The translations under genes were made by a program, and so were the position numbers. This document shows, piece after piece, positions 1 through 13,800 of a stretch of 64,000 nucleotides of DNA. The notes beneath the pieces are model-generated. The model had not been told where the DNA came from, made no database searches, and saw only the letters and a program-made list of their open reading frames with translations. Source of the DNA: Macrostomum lignano (lineage: Eukaryota). Every line of letters begins with the position of its first letter. Within the stretch, counting starts at the first letter, position 1. Location of the stretch: assembly GCA_002269645.1 (NCBI GenBank), contig NIVC01001525.1, positions 1 through 64,000 of the forward strand. Direction: 5' to 3'.

Positions 1-1835
1 TTGGAGCAAAATGACGAGTGACCATGGTAAACGCTTTTTATATGTTGCATGAAGAATAGGAGCGATAGTAATGCTATGTTATGCCCCATTATATTACCAC
101 TTAATAATGTTTATGTTATCCCCACACCCCAGCTTTCATTGTGTTTTCCTGCCTAGAATGATGGAGACATGAATAGCGTCAAGAGGGGTTTGTGTCACAC
201 CTTATCTCGTGATTAGTATACCTTTTTGACGAAAATGCCCTGAAAGAAGTCCTCAAAACATTTGAGACTTTGATATACCTAAAACCACAGCTTAAAGCGT
301 TCACCATTCTTCAGTAACTCATAAACGTGCATGCCCTCAATCATTCTCATGTGACTATCGTCAAGTTTTAGTACAATTTTTCATAAATGGCTGTATTCTA
401 GAGGGTCCTGATAATACACAATGAAAACATATTAAACTCAAAATACCAGAACTCAAAATAAACTCAAATCATAAAATGACTTGGAATTTTCCAATCACAT
501 TAAATCCGAATTTATCCCATTTCTTCCATAAAGATCGCCAAATGCTGAAGTAGTCTGGTTTTCGGCATAACGGTAGCTTTTTGGCTCTAAATAGAGAGAT
601 TGGTGTAAAGAAATCGGCACCCAATGCTTCGGGCTCCATTTTGACTCTTTAAGTTCACATCTACTTTGAAGCTGAAAGAGCCCACCAACCCATGCGAGCA
701 CGTTTATTCGTGAGACTCGTACAGTTCCTCCCCTGCTTCATTCCGCATGGCAACGACAGCTGGGAATCGCAGCATGGCAACTAACACATCGCTACACACA
801 ACTGTGGGGGTTTAAGCATTGCCCGTAGGACCGAGCGCTGTTTTAACTCAGCTTAATGCATGCCGTAACATCAATCTAATATGCTACTCAAGCTGTTCTT
901 ATAGCGATGTGGAGAGAAGAACAGTCCTGCGAAAATTCTAATCTTTTCAAATTATCTAAATTCACAGTCTTCACTTTCGAGTTGAGGTATGAACCTGGAC
1001 AGACTATGCAATAAGACGGACCAATTTGTCAAAGCAATCAATTTCATTAAAAATGAAGAGAAATCGAAGCAAAACGATGGAGATTGGGACTCACTAGCAC
1101 CAATACCGCTACGTCATCCACTAAAACGCCGTTCAGCATGTGCTACAGCCGGTCATTAGGATCGCTCCGGCATCACAACGATGACCGAGCAATCGAAAAG
1201 TTGCATCTGGTCTGTATGTATGTATCTCGCGACATTCAGTCCCATGTAGCTGAATATTAAATTTGTGCAAAGGCTCAATCGTGGTGTAGATGGTAGAATA
1301 CTGTATGAGATACCGTATGTATATCGATCAGTCCTGACCTAATCAGTTCTGTCCATGAATAGGCAATAGATATAACAAGCCGACGATAGCGCGAAAGTCA
1401 CCTATATTAGTTGTGTGTAAAAATTTCTTGGCGTTGATCTTGTATGACCCCTTTCATCTGGTAAAACTCTACTTGTACTAATCAACTACTACTTAAGATC
1501 AACAACAACTCTATAATAACAAAAACATGACGGTGATATTCAGTGCATTTGGTGAGTGCAAAGCGCTCGTGTCGCACAGTGGACCGTGATTTTCCTGGAA
1601 TTCCATAACCTTATTGTTGTGTATGCGGCTAGCACACCGTCTTGGAGTGATAGTGCGCGTGGCGCCTTTGGATTGGCTAGGTCTAGGCCAGGGGTGGGGT
1701 TTTGTTGTTTACGTGACTGACTAGCTAAATATATTAGTACGCACAGGCCTTTAAAAGCCTCATGTGTTGTTTTCCCAACCTTCTCACTTATTTCTCCGTT
1801 GTTCCTTTGGCTATGCTGCCTCATATCTAGCATTT

Positions 1836-3390
1836 CCGAGCCAAGCGTGTTTCTCGACCCCCCGGACAGCCAAAAACGCCTTGGAATCGTTGGATCGAAG
1901 AATTCAAGATCTACTTGGAAGCCTTGGACCTAAAAGAAGCATCAGAAGCACGAAAGAAAGCGATTCTTGTTCATCTGCTTGTCGAGGAGGGCCAGCGAAT
2001 CTTCGCGCTGAGGAATCTGCCCACGGCTCGGGTCGACACCTTCGACAAGCTGGTGGAAGAGCTGAAGACAATCTTCGGCCAGTCTCACAGCACCATCAAC
2101 AACCGACCGCTACAGATTCAAGTCACGCGCCCAGATGCCTGGTGAGCCGATTAGCCAGTTCGTTGACACCCTTCGCGAACTCGCAGCAGATTGGAATACG
2201 GCGCTCTTCGAGACCAGATTATCAGGGATCAGATCATTGAGAAGACCCATTCGGCGCGCATCAGAGAGCGACTGCTCATGGAGAAGGTGCTCGAGCTGGA
2301 GACAGCCACAGCCCAAGCGATTCAGGTCGAATCCGCCATTAACGACGCCAAGAAGCTGCGCGACGGCAAGAGCGACAAGGAGCATGAGTCTCGGATCCAG
2401 AAGGTCAGCCAGCGCCCGCCACACAAGGGACCCAAGCACGCGACGCCGCAGAAATCCAGCTCGGACGAGCGATGCGTCAATCGCGGAAGAGCTGGGCACG
2501 CCGCCTACGCCCCCGAGTGTCCAGCGAAAGACAATACCTGCCTGCACTGCCACTGGGTCGGTCATTTCAAGTCCTGTTGCCGACAGCGACGCAGAGTTCG
2601 CACCGTCAAGGACGACGACGACGACGATGGGCCATTCGAGGTGTCTGCAGTTCAGTGCGCAGCATCACTTCTAAACTTCGTGGACTGCAGCATCGCCGTC
2701 ATCGACGTAAAGCTCCTGTTGGACACTGGCTCAAGGTTCAACATCATCAACGAGAAGACCATGAAGCGCCTGCCGAAGCAACCCGTCATTCCGCCGACTC
2801 ACAAAAAAGCTCGCCGACTCGTCGTGTACCAGGGCAAGGCTGCAGTCTGCCGACTCTTTATCACGCGGCGAGGTGCCAACATCCTTGGTATCGACGGCAT
2901 GGACAAGCTCGGATTCTCGATCCGGGTCAACAAGATCAGCAGCGTCGAGGACATCGCCGAGGAGTTCCCAGGCATTTTGGCAGGGCCAAGAAGTTCTGCC
3001 ATAGACCGAAACTGCGCCAGGATGCGACGCCGACGGTCGAGCCGCTGCGCCGGGTGCCGCTGGCGCTGTAGGACCGGCTCTGGAAGCTGCAGGCGTCATT
3101 GCGAAGCGACACGTCTCCCTGGGTGTCGAAGTTGGTCGTCTCCAAGAAGAAAAACGGCGACCTCGACTCTGCGTCGACCTGCGAAACTGCAACCAGTCAT
3201 TCCCCGTGCCAACGCAGGAGGAGCTGACCGCCGAGTTTGCTGTTCGCCAAGTTGGACCTGAAGCAAAGCTACCTGCATATTCCGTTGCATGACTGCCTTC
3301 ATCACTCACTGCGGTCTCTACCAGTTCACGAGAGTCCCATTCGGTTCGTCCAGTTCCGGCGCCCGTTTCCAGAAGATCCTGCCAACCTTG
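1836..3390 (+). mobile_element. Degenerate Ty3/Gypsy retrotransposon fragment (gag, Zn knuckles, protease, 5' RT)
   Basis: Frameshifted ORFs: gag-like PWNRWIEEFKIYLEA and LRDQIIRDQII, knuckle CLHCHWVGHFKSCC, protease LLDTGS, RT motifs FAKLDLKQSYLHIPL and TAFITHCGLYQFTRVPFG. Truncated before YxDD; no LTR pair found. Confidence 0.9.
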
Positions 3391-4706
3391 TTTCTTTGGC
3401 TAACGCTATACCTAAAACTTATATTTCATTTACTTTGTCTTACATTCTCGGCTCTTACATCGCTAATTTACACTCACCATCGGCAAGTCACTCCGTACTG
3501 GCCAATAGGAAATACAGAGGTGAAGAGGTGAAACAGCGAACAGCATGTATGACGATCTTTTGAGACAGCGCTCGAGCGGCAGCATGGTGAAAATTCTTAA
3601 AAATGATGCAGAAGAACGCTAAGCAGAACTTTTCTCGTGTTTAAAAGTTGCGTTTCAAGGATGCAGCTTCCAGGGACAACAAGGAACTTATTTTTCGGAG
3701 CTATCCCTAAGACTTTAGGCGGGGAGGGAGGTAATTTATTCACTAATAAACTAATTTATCCAATTGGTATGTCTACGGCATAAATACTTGGTATATTAAC
3801 GGCTGCCTAAGCACTTTCCAGCCGTAGCTTTGACTGATCAGATTCCTTGAAGGCCGACCAAATAAGCCAATTTGAATTCCCTCCCTTATTACGAAGTAAA
3901 ACCAGTGACTTTTGAGTATACGCTCATGCGACTGCGATTCCAAGTCAAAAAGAACATATTAATCATTCGGTATTGTCTCAAAAAATGAACTTGAGAAAAT
4001 TATGCAGATTGGAAACTTTTGAATTGGACTTAAATAACGAATAATAGGAAGCAATCTGATGCGTTTGGAAGATGAGCTACCAAAAAAGAAACCATTGTTT
4101 CTAGACTTGACCCAGCAAGTTAGCAACTCTTCCCCAAGCCTTTCATTTTTAACTGCAGGTTTTTGTCTGCACCAACAGATGGGCGATTGATGAATTTCTC
4201 ATCTGAATATCCCCTGTCAAGTTGTTTTGCTGACGTGAAGTAAATGATTGATAGTTTGAATTGGTTCGGCTGTAAGCGCATCTGGATTGCTTTTTTCACC
4301 TCTTCAGTGAGCAAACAATCTCGAATAGATATAGGAGAAAATTGCTTGCTGCTCTATTTGTAACAGCTGGAGTTTCTTGTGCAGAAAATTGTACAATTAG
4401 ACGAGGGACAACATGAAAAAATTGGCAAAGCAGATTGCTCTTGAACGGGCAAGCGTAAGGTCATAAAAACTAGATCCATTGTTAAAAAAATCGAGAAAAT
4501 ATATCTCTTGAGATGGATGACCTTCGAATGCATACGCTGAAGTTACGAAAGCTGCCGTTGAGTGCCTGTCACCTGATGGATTGGTTTGCCTTTTTTTACA
4601 GGCCAATTTTGCATTTATTTGGACGAAAATTTGTTTGGAAAGGAATCAAAATCTCACTAATTCTCCAGTTCCGTTGAGACTCATTCAAACATTGGCTATT
4701 TTATCA

Positions 4707-4809
4707 ATGTATCTGCTTTGGAAGTATCCTCAAAAGCCGTTAATTCTTCTTCTGCTGCTGCTGATATCCTGCTCAACATTGAGCGGTCAAGAAATATCGC
4801 CTCCAGTAG
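4707..4809 (+). CDS. Exon 1, signal peptide
   Basis: MYLLWKYPQKPLILLLLLLISCSTLSGQEISPPV, then a phase-1 G|GTAAG donor matching the phase-1 acceptor at 6586. Confidence 0.8.
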
Positions 4810-7800
4810 GTAAGCTACGAGCGTGCTGTAGCCTTGGTTTCTATGGGAAATTATTTAATATTTATCTCACCTGCGAACAGCAGCCTGTTTAATGATCACA
4901 TCGGCAGGGGCTGATAAAACCATTACAACGTACATGAAAGCTTAGGCTTACGGCAAGACAGAGCGAAAAGAATTGGAGAGAATAGTGTGCAACCTTCCCG
5001 ATGCCCGTACGAGTACAGAATATCAGTTAGTTAGTTAATCTAGAGTTCAGCAACCAGATACCAAAATTTCTACTATTAAAAGCTCACTCTGTATTAATAA
5101 CCAGAAAATTATTATCAAAATAATTATATATTTCCGGTTCCAAGGCTAAAACACACATGTGACAATTCTACAGATATTCGGTGTCCTATTCATTGAACAA
5201 TTGTAAGGACTCTGAACTACATGTATAAAGCAAAATCATGGCGGAGAAAGGCATGAATTCTTATCAGCAAAATAGGGGAATTACTTTTCTCTATACATGG
5301 TACCTTAGTTCGACAATTTCTATCGGCTATGGTGAAGAGGTCCACCTTAGGCCTTTTGTGGACACCATTCGCGGTTAGGTATTAGCAGAAGTGTATATTG
5401 GGAGTAATCCATTCTTTGAATGAAGACGAACTAATTTGAAAGCTTGGCATATCGCTTGATATCGTCTTCCTAATCACTTTCACAAGCTCGAAACTTTATA
5501 AGCAGAAAATCAGTCAACTTTCGAAGCTAAAATTTAGCAGGGAAATTCATGACTCTAAAAAGCCTTACCTAGTTATTTGAGCCAGTAAAACCTAAAAAAT
5601 GAAAGACTTGAAATTTTCCTGTGAACTGCTTCTGATTTTTTTTCACTAACTGAATGCGCACTGTGAGCTTCTACATGTAAATGTGTGTCCAAAAATAACT
5701 ATTAATAGGCCTTAGAAACAGTTCTCTTTCTTGACAAAGGTCTTAATCGATGAGCATAGAAGACAGCACTCATACAAATTTATATTTAACTTTTATTGTG
5801 CAACCTTTTCGACCAGCAGTTTCGCAATAATCTGCGCTACTCAATATTAGTACATGTAATGCGATATTTTTATGCCCACTTATTTTATTTCATTAAAAGC
5901 AGGGTGCGCTTTCAGCGACATTGTCACACAGTCGATGAGAGGCATTAATGCCAATACGTACGGCGTTATATGCACAGGCACACACTCACACAGGAGTGTA
6001 CATCGGCTAACTTTATTTCTCATTAGGCATATACGCTTCACTGTGCCTCGGAAGTTGGGCCTCAAGGGCATTAATTGCCTCGTTGAAAACGAGGGTTAAT
6101 CTTGAAAGTAAATTAACAAAAAGTAACTTCTGGTTAGTTAATTTACCACAGTTTAACTTTCGAAAAAGTGGATTTACGTTAATTAACCACAAACACTTTG
6201 TACGTTAATTTCGGTTAATAAACTCATAAATTAACGTAAATTTACCCTCCATAGAGTAAAGTAACGTCAATTAACGTTTATTCGCCTAAATTCACACGTT
6301 AGTCAACCTTCAAGCTATTGGTTAACTAACCCCACAATATTAGCCCTCGTTGTCAACGGGGCACAATCAGAGCCAAGCCGAGATTCCAATTCAGCCCTAA
6401 ATTAATGTGATTGCACTTGGAATCGAGCCTGGGCCGCTGGTACATCAGAGCTCTTATCGATCCCAAACTGTGGGGTGGGAGATCAGTTTTTATCCCGCTA
6501 TCGATTTTCAAGGCGGCTTCGTTTCGATACATGCCTTCCTTCCTTGGGCATTAAATGCACTCCAAATCGATTCGGAAAACTTCAGGAAGCATCCAGCTCG
6601 AGAGACTCGAAAAAACTGCCACCGGATTCGGTCGCAACGTCCCATCTGGAGCGTTGCTATGGCAACCAGTCTCCGCGTCCGACGACCTGCTGCAACTTCC
6701 TATGGGAAGCTTGTCACCCGCCAGATTGTCGCTAACCTCCGACGTCACTCTGCGCTTCTTCCTGCCGATCCGCTTCAACTTGACCGGCCTGCTGTTGCGC
6801 GGCTTCCCCGACGTGGGGCGGCGCCAACCGGCTTCTCCGCCGCCGCTTTTCCCGGAAACAGCCTGATTAGCGACTCACCGAAAGTTTCGGTAAAACTGAA
6901 CGCGTAGAGCTACTTACAGCAACTTTTTTTAACATGAATTATCTAGCTCGTACATTTACAGTAAATAAGACTAAGGAACCTAATATTTTCCCCTGATTTT
7001 GCACTCAACTGAGTATCATTCAAAAGAATTTTGACGCCTAAATTGTTTTTTTTGGAAAAAATATCGACGTTAACCTTCCTAATAGCTGAACTTCGCTTCT
7101 ACAGACTACAGATCTACGTTCACTGATAATTTTTACTTATTAATGATCATATTCACTCATAGATGGCCAAAATTTAACTCAAAGAGTTAGAACTCGCAAA
7201 GATCCAATTACAGTCTTTGTGAGCTTCTGTGTTTTAAGTGCACCTGAGGTACTCCAGAGTAGCAAAAAGTGTTAGAACCGACTGTCTCTCAATGAACTTG
7301 CTTTTCCAAGAGTAATTTATTATTAAAGAATAACCGACAGTCTCTTTGGCTTACACTTACAACTCAACCGATTTGCATGACACAAAAGCCAGTCAGCGTT
7401 TCTTCGTCACTTAAAATGACTTCACCACAATAAAAAAATTCAGACGACTTACCTGCCGATCTACTCTAGCGAAGGCTTCGCTCCAGTTCGGTTTTCAGCT
7501 GCTCAAAGAGCTCAGCTGCTGCAAGTGAAGTTTGGTACATCGAGCGGCACACGTCGGATGCAGATGGATCTCATGGGCCACCCTGATCCAACAGGTGCGA
7601 CTTTTACTTTGAGATTGAGACACTCACTTGAGGGCTGATTGCTCAAAAATCTTGAGTTGGATTTTCTCTCCAGCCGCGTCAATTTTTGGTTCGCTCTCTC
7701 AAAAAGTGGTCTGGGGCTTTTCGTGCTTTTAGTTTACACCTTCGATGGTAGAAGGTTGCCTAACAAGTGAGGGGCCAGATCTCTTACACAGTTTCTTTGC

Positions 7801-10800
7801 ATTGATAAGTACTTTTAGGCGGACCACTAGTCAAGATCAAAACGTTAGGATCCATCCGTCTACCGGTATTGACCTTGCTTTGCGGCTGTACCTAAACGCT
7901 TTTTAGAAAATGACTACCTATCCAACCAAATATCCAACTCCAGCTTGTGGCGTCATTCCAAGCGAAAAATACTCGGCCAGCTTGCTACGACATACCAGCA
8001 ACAGCGTGCTTGCCATAAGTTTCGATCGCAACTCTACCTACCACGTGACATCATTCGCGCTCGCGGGTCTCAACGCCGATTCGAGTTTTTGGCTGTCTTT
8101 CGCTGATACAGCTGGTAGATTCAAGAACCTCAGCATCCTGCAGCACAGTGGGAACAGTAATATCTCTGGCCTGGACCCATTCTTGGTAAACCAGTACTCG
8201 ATTTACAATGAATCAACGTTTTGGCATGTACACGTAAAATTTCCTTACCAAAATCCGAGAACTTCAATTCCAACACACAGTTCGTGAAGACATTCAACCA
8301 GGAGACTTTCGTCATGCCTCTTCTGCTCCCAGTTCGTCAGCTACGAATCCACTTGAGTACTGAGACTCTTGTGACTACCGTTGACCAGATCAGGGGTTGC
8401 GAGCTGACAGGTAGATTCTAAACTCTCTCACGTGTCCAATAAGCAGCGACCTGTCAATCTGTCAAGTCAATTACTTTCTTTTAGACTGCCCGGTAGGTTG
8501 GATCGAGCACCTGAACTCCTGCATCTCCATTCAGCACGCTCGCTACACCTGGGATCAGGCCAGGGACTTCTGCAGCCTTATTAGTTGGAACGGAATCAAT
8601 GCCAGCCTCTTTGCTGCTAAATCGGCCTTTGACAGGAACATTGTGCAACTCGGGTGAGATCATTGGTACCTTTAATAGTACTATTAAAGCTGAGAATTAA
8701 AGGGGATTTCAGTATACAGGATAACTAAGCAGTTGAAATCATTCATTTAAAATTCAATTTCATAAATCACTGGCAAGCTGGTGAATATCTGTCTATCTGT
8801 ACTACATAGTAGTCTGTGTGAAATGCGATTAGTTTTGTCAGCTTGTGCTCCGCAACATTCCGGACCAGACTTATAAAAAGCAGCTTTGGTATCTTGCAAA
8901 TGGTAGATTCACCACTTACCATCTGGTGCGTGGGTTCGATCCCTCATCAATATCGAAAATCCTAGCCAGTAGGTTTTGTGCGATTTATGCTTATATACTC
9001 AGCAACAGTCAAAAGTTTCATCCTCCAAACGAGATGAATTTTTTTCACTTATTGCGAGTGACGCAACTTACGGCACGCGCGAAGCTTATTGCCACTTGGG
9101 AGTGGCATAGCTCGTAATGGTCCAAGATGACAACGCGCCGTGACACTGAGCCGATGCTGTTAGTCAACTGAAAGAACAGCTACAGCTGCGCACTATGCGC
9201 TGGCCTTCCCGGTCCCCAGACATGAATCCCATCTAGCATGTCTGGGACTTCCTAGAAACGCTGCGCTCGAAAAGAAAATTCACCACACAATGTTGCAGAG
9301 CTGCATCATGCCCAAGGACCACTAGAAGTAACTTCTAGAAGTTACACTAGTGAAGTTACACTAGTAACTTCTAGTGGTCCTTGTTCATGCTTTGAAAACG
9401 CTTGGCAGCAGCTTCCTCAGGACTTTCTGCGCCGCCTCATCTTGAGGATGCACCGCAGAGTCGCCGCACTTTTGCGTGCGTGGAGATCCCACACGCGTTA
9501 TTAAGCATCGCAATTCTAACTGAATATTTCATAAAAACTGTTATAATTTTGTGCGAAATACGTTTATTGATTTAATCAACTTTCCCTTCCTCGCGGTGTC
9601 TTAGCTGCCTAACTGGAGGGTTGAATTGTGAGTGAAAAGTTGTCGCAATGCTCTCGCTTGGAAAAATTTTCATCTCGCTTGGTGGTTGGAACTTTTGACT
9701 GTTGCTGAGTATAAGTGCTCAGCGGTCTCACCGGGTGGTCATTGTTGGCTGCGAGCTAGCTCGAGCACCCTGCGAGCTAACCACACGTAGTTGATACTCC
9801 GCAGTTCCTTCCCAGCTTCGGACGACCAGCAGCTATTTGTTGGGTCAGTCAGAGACCCGACTACTCAGCAGTGGCAGTGGTCTGACGGTTCCCCCATGGA
9901 GCCGGGCGCGTTCTTCATGGGCCGCCCCTCCAAGCGGTGCGCGGCTCTGAGCGTCAGGTTTGCTGCTCTCGTTGAGGTCAGCTGCTCCATCAAGCTGGAG
10001 TTCGTGTGCCAGCTGCCAAAGTACATTTCGCCGTACCGGACTAAGCAAAAGGTGCTGGTCACCGCGCCAGCACCTGCTCAGTCAACGACCGAGAAGATGG
10101 CCAGTCTGGGTACCGGACTCGCTGCTCTTGATGAGGCAGCCAAGCTCCTCTTCATCGACTCATTTGCAGCATCAGCTGCTGCAATCGAGCTGAATACTGG
10201 GCTGACCGTGACGGCAGTGGCTGGAGCTGAGAATGCAGCGTCTGTCACTGCGAACTCGGTGCACTACAGAGTTGCCGAAGTTCACCGAGGTGAGAACATC
10301 TCAGACTGGCTTAATTTGTGTAAGCAAGTTCCAAAGTTGCTAAGAGACACATTTTCGATCGTGCTCCTCCTCAGGCTGCTCGGAGCCTCTACTCCCATTA
10401 GCCGCCATCGACTCAACTGGCGAGCTGCCGTTGCGCCCAGCGAATCGAGCATTTCTAGGAGCCGCTCAGGCCTACGAAGGTAGCGAATGAACTAATTAGA
10501 ACAATAATTGAAAAAACTAAACCTTACAAAATCTGTGCAAATTTCAGACCACACGAAATGCCAGATGGGCTACCGGGACTTTGGCTACTATGATTACGGC
10601 TGGTCGATGAGTCAGCTGGATGGAGGCCCGTGCACCCCGTGGCCTCCTGGCGAGCTAGCGGGCTTCGACAGGTCCTGCGTGTCCACGGCTGTATCTCAGA
10701 TTAAATGCTCCAATTTCACTTCTCAGGTGTCCTGCCTGAGCTCCGATATTTTGTGTGGTAAGCTCTTGCGTTTCTTTATTTCCGAGCCGAGTATCACAGC

Positions 10801-13800
10801 AGCTCATATTAATTTTGACTTTGAAATTAACCAACCCTTAATATAGCGGACTTTCACCAGCCAATCGATGACTTCAATCCTGATAGCGTTGGTCACATCG
10901 GCTTTGACAAGGACTACTATTTGAATGAGGTTTCAATCCAGGCGACTCAATCAGAGGAAGAGACAACGCTGGAAGGCGAGGCAGAAATAGCTGAGAATGG
11001 TGACTACTGGAGACGGGTGGTCGATCTAAAAACCGACCACGAGATCATCGGATTTAGAGCTTTTGCTGGTGAGAGAAGACGTCGTGCTTTGAGCTAATAA
11101 ATCATTCGATGAATTGATTTTTTTATCTGCTAAATGAAGAAACATTCTAGCCCCTGAATGGTTCCCCAGGATTCCCGCCCCTTGACCATTTTTGCTTTGC
11201 TAAACTTTATTCTCAAACAAGAATAAAGTTGCCAAACTGCCTCTGATCAAGTCTTGACAGTTTGCCAGCCTCAACTGCTAGGTACCCTCACTAAGTCTCT
11301 CAAGCATTCAGTAGTCATCCAGACGCCATCAGCTCCTTCAACAGATGGCACCAGTCGACTATGAACACTCTATCGCAAATTTCTCTGATGTCGCTGACCA
11401 AGCTTCAAAAGCGGGCAAACTTCCAACTTCCATAGCGGAGAAACATTATATGAACTAATTTCTCATGCATCGATTCATTAAACAAGGAAAAAGTCGCCAC
11501 ACATCCAGACCGCCAAGGTATTCAACTATTCTTTAAGAAAGCTTGACTTTTTCCGTAAGCGCTAATGTATTAAGGACAGTACATTCAGTACACCCATGTG
11601 CGCATATTAGCGCTGTCGTTCATTATGGCCTTGCCAAATCTTGGCAGATTTTAACAGTTCGTCGACCACATGTGTCCGCATCATCCCTGACTTCGGTGGT
11701 CTCTGGCTTTGGTTTAGGCAATGTTTCCGAAGTTTCAAAAGGTGGCAACATTTTAGTCGCTTGCTGACACTCAGTTGCACAAATATCACATCTTACTGAA
11801 TGGAGCCCTAGTTTACCTGGATAATTGCACCTTAAAACTTCCGCAAAGCATGCAAACCCATAATTGTACCACGGCAGGGATCAGCTACATCGGCTGTTTC
11901 CAAGACTCCGGAGCTCGCGACCTCCCCCTGTGGCGGCTGACCTCCGGCACAACCGTCAGCGTGTGCGCTCGGGTGTGCTCAAGATATCTGTACTTTGGCA
12001 CGCAGTGGTATGCTCACTGCTTCTGCGGAAACTCCTATGGTCGGCACGGCCGGGTGGCCGAGTCTCGGTGCAACAACCGGTGCAGGGCGAATCCAGCCGA
12101 CATGTGCGGCTCCTGGTTCAAGAGCAACATCTTCACCACTGGCCGTTCTAGTGCGTGCATGTGGAAGAAGGAGGATCAAAACATGTCTTGTTTAATCGAC
12201 ACAAATTTATCTCATTTATTGTTAAACTGCCGCATTCGGAATCAACATTGACTTCTACTAAAGTTAAAGAAAGTTTAATCAGCCATTTTCAGAAAGTGTA
12301 AAACATCATTGACCCTATTCACCTAAGCAAGAGTTTAAAAAACACCCATTTGCCGCTCCTGACTCTCTAGTGTCTCAGAAGCCCTAGCGTGTTTAATATT
12401 TTATTAGAAACTAAAATCTTTGTGTAATCAACTCTTACGATCCACTGACATGACAATAATTCTTCAGTGAAACCTTGGAGCGCCAACAATCTGACTGTGA
12501 AGGTTGGCAGCAGCTGGGATCCAACCCTGAAAGACGACGCTTTCAAGAACTGGACAGAATGCGCCACGTTCAGCTACCCGGAGTCGAGCTCCGACTCGCC
12601 ACTTCAGCTGCTGTGCCGCGGTCGACCAGTTGGGAGATTCGTGGCTTTCCTGCAGGGCGTCTCGGCCGGTAGGCACGGCTGGAAACAGCTCAGGCTGATG
12701 GGAAACGAAGGTAGGTGGCGATGCTGGCCATTATTTCTACAAGTTGGCTAGGAATGCAGCTAGCAGAGTACAGTGCTGACACTGTTAGGAGTGACTCTCA
12801 GTGGCTGCAGTGAGGGTTAGACGCTGTTGGCGAGTATGATAGCAGCATGTGTTAATGACAATATAGAAAATCAATCTATAAATAACCTTGAATTGGGTCA
12901 TCGATTTGCAACCGTCGATGTACAAGATTTCATTGGATTTCGGTGCTAACAAGAATTTAGACGCCTGACTATATTTCCGAGTAAATATTTTCATTAAACT
13001 CGCATGTGAAAATTTACAATACTTCAATATAGTGAGGCTGCACGATCGCCAGCTGCTGCCACGGTTTCTAAAGCGATTTCCCGAGCCGCTGACGCGCAGA
13101 GTTCGGCTGGATGGCAGACTAGATTTTCAGGCAAGACTCGGGACAAGTTCGCTCTGGGTGTACCTGACGGCCCATTATGAGCAGAGCGACATTCTACTCA
13201 ATGTAAGCCTCATACTGCAGTTATTATATACTAAAGTTTAAATACACGGATCTGATTCTGTCCTGTTTTGTCATTCCAGGACAGATATGAGCTGCTGCTA
13301 TCAGCCAACCGGTCTCACCTGTCCCTAACATGGCACTCTGTGCGCTCTGGCCGAGTCACTGTGACGCCAGACTTACTCGGCACCCCATTATTAACTGAGT
13401 TGAGCAGCGAGACAATCAGCTGCTCGACAGATGGGTTCCAGCCAGTCAGCATCGCATGGACCAATTCTTCATCGGAGCCCGTACAGATCTCCGTGTACGT
13501 GTGCGGGCGTTCGCTTGCGGTCGTCAAGGACTCGGTAGTCCGGGCATGGAAAATATCCCAGGCTGCCTACTCATGCGGCAGCAGCTCAAAATGCCCACAG
13601 TTGGTTTTCGACATCATTAGTAAGTTGGCTGGCTTGCGATTTCCAACCGAATGCTGTAATCGCAATAAAAGTTTTGACACTTTTCAGATGACCGTTACAT
13701 GGGTTTCTGGACTGCGCCCGGCTGGTTCAACAAAGATTACATTGAGGTAAAGCAGAGAAATCGATCAAACTGAAATATCAACAGTTTGTAAAAATTCAAT

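Noticed and set aside
2110-3309. Overlapping antisense and alternative-frame ORFs
   Set aside because: Shadows of the GC-rich Gypsy gag-pol.
8880-8945. tRNA gene (B-box GGGTTCGATCCC)
   Set aside because: No cloverleaf could be formed; more likely a decayed SINE head.
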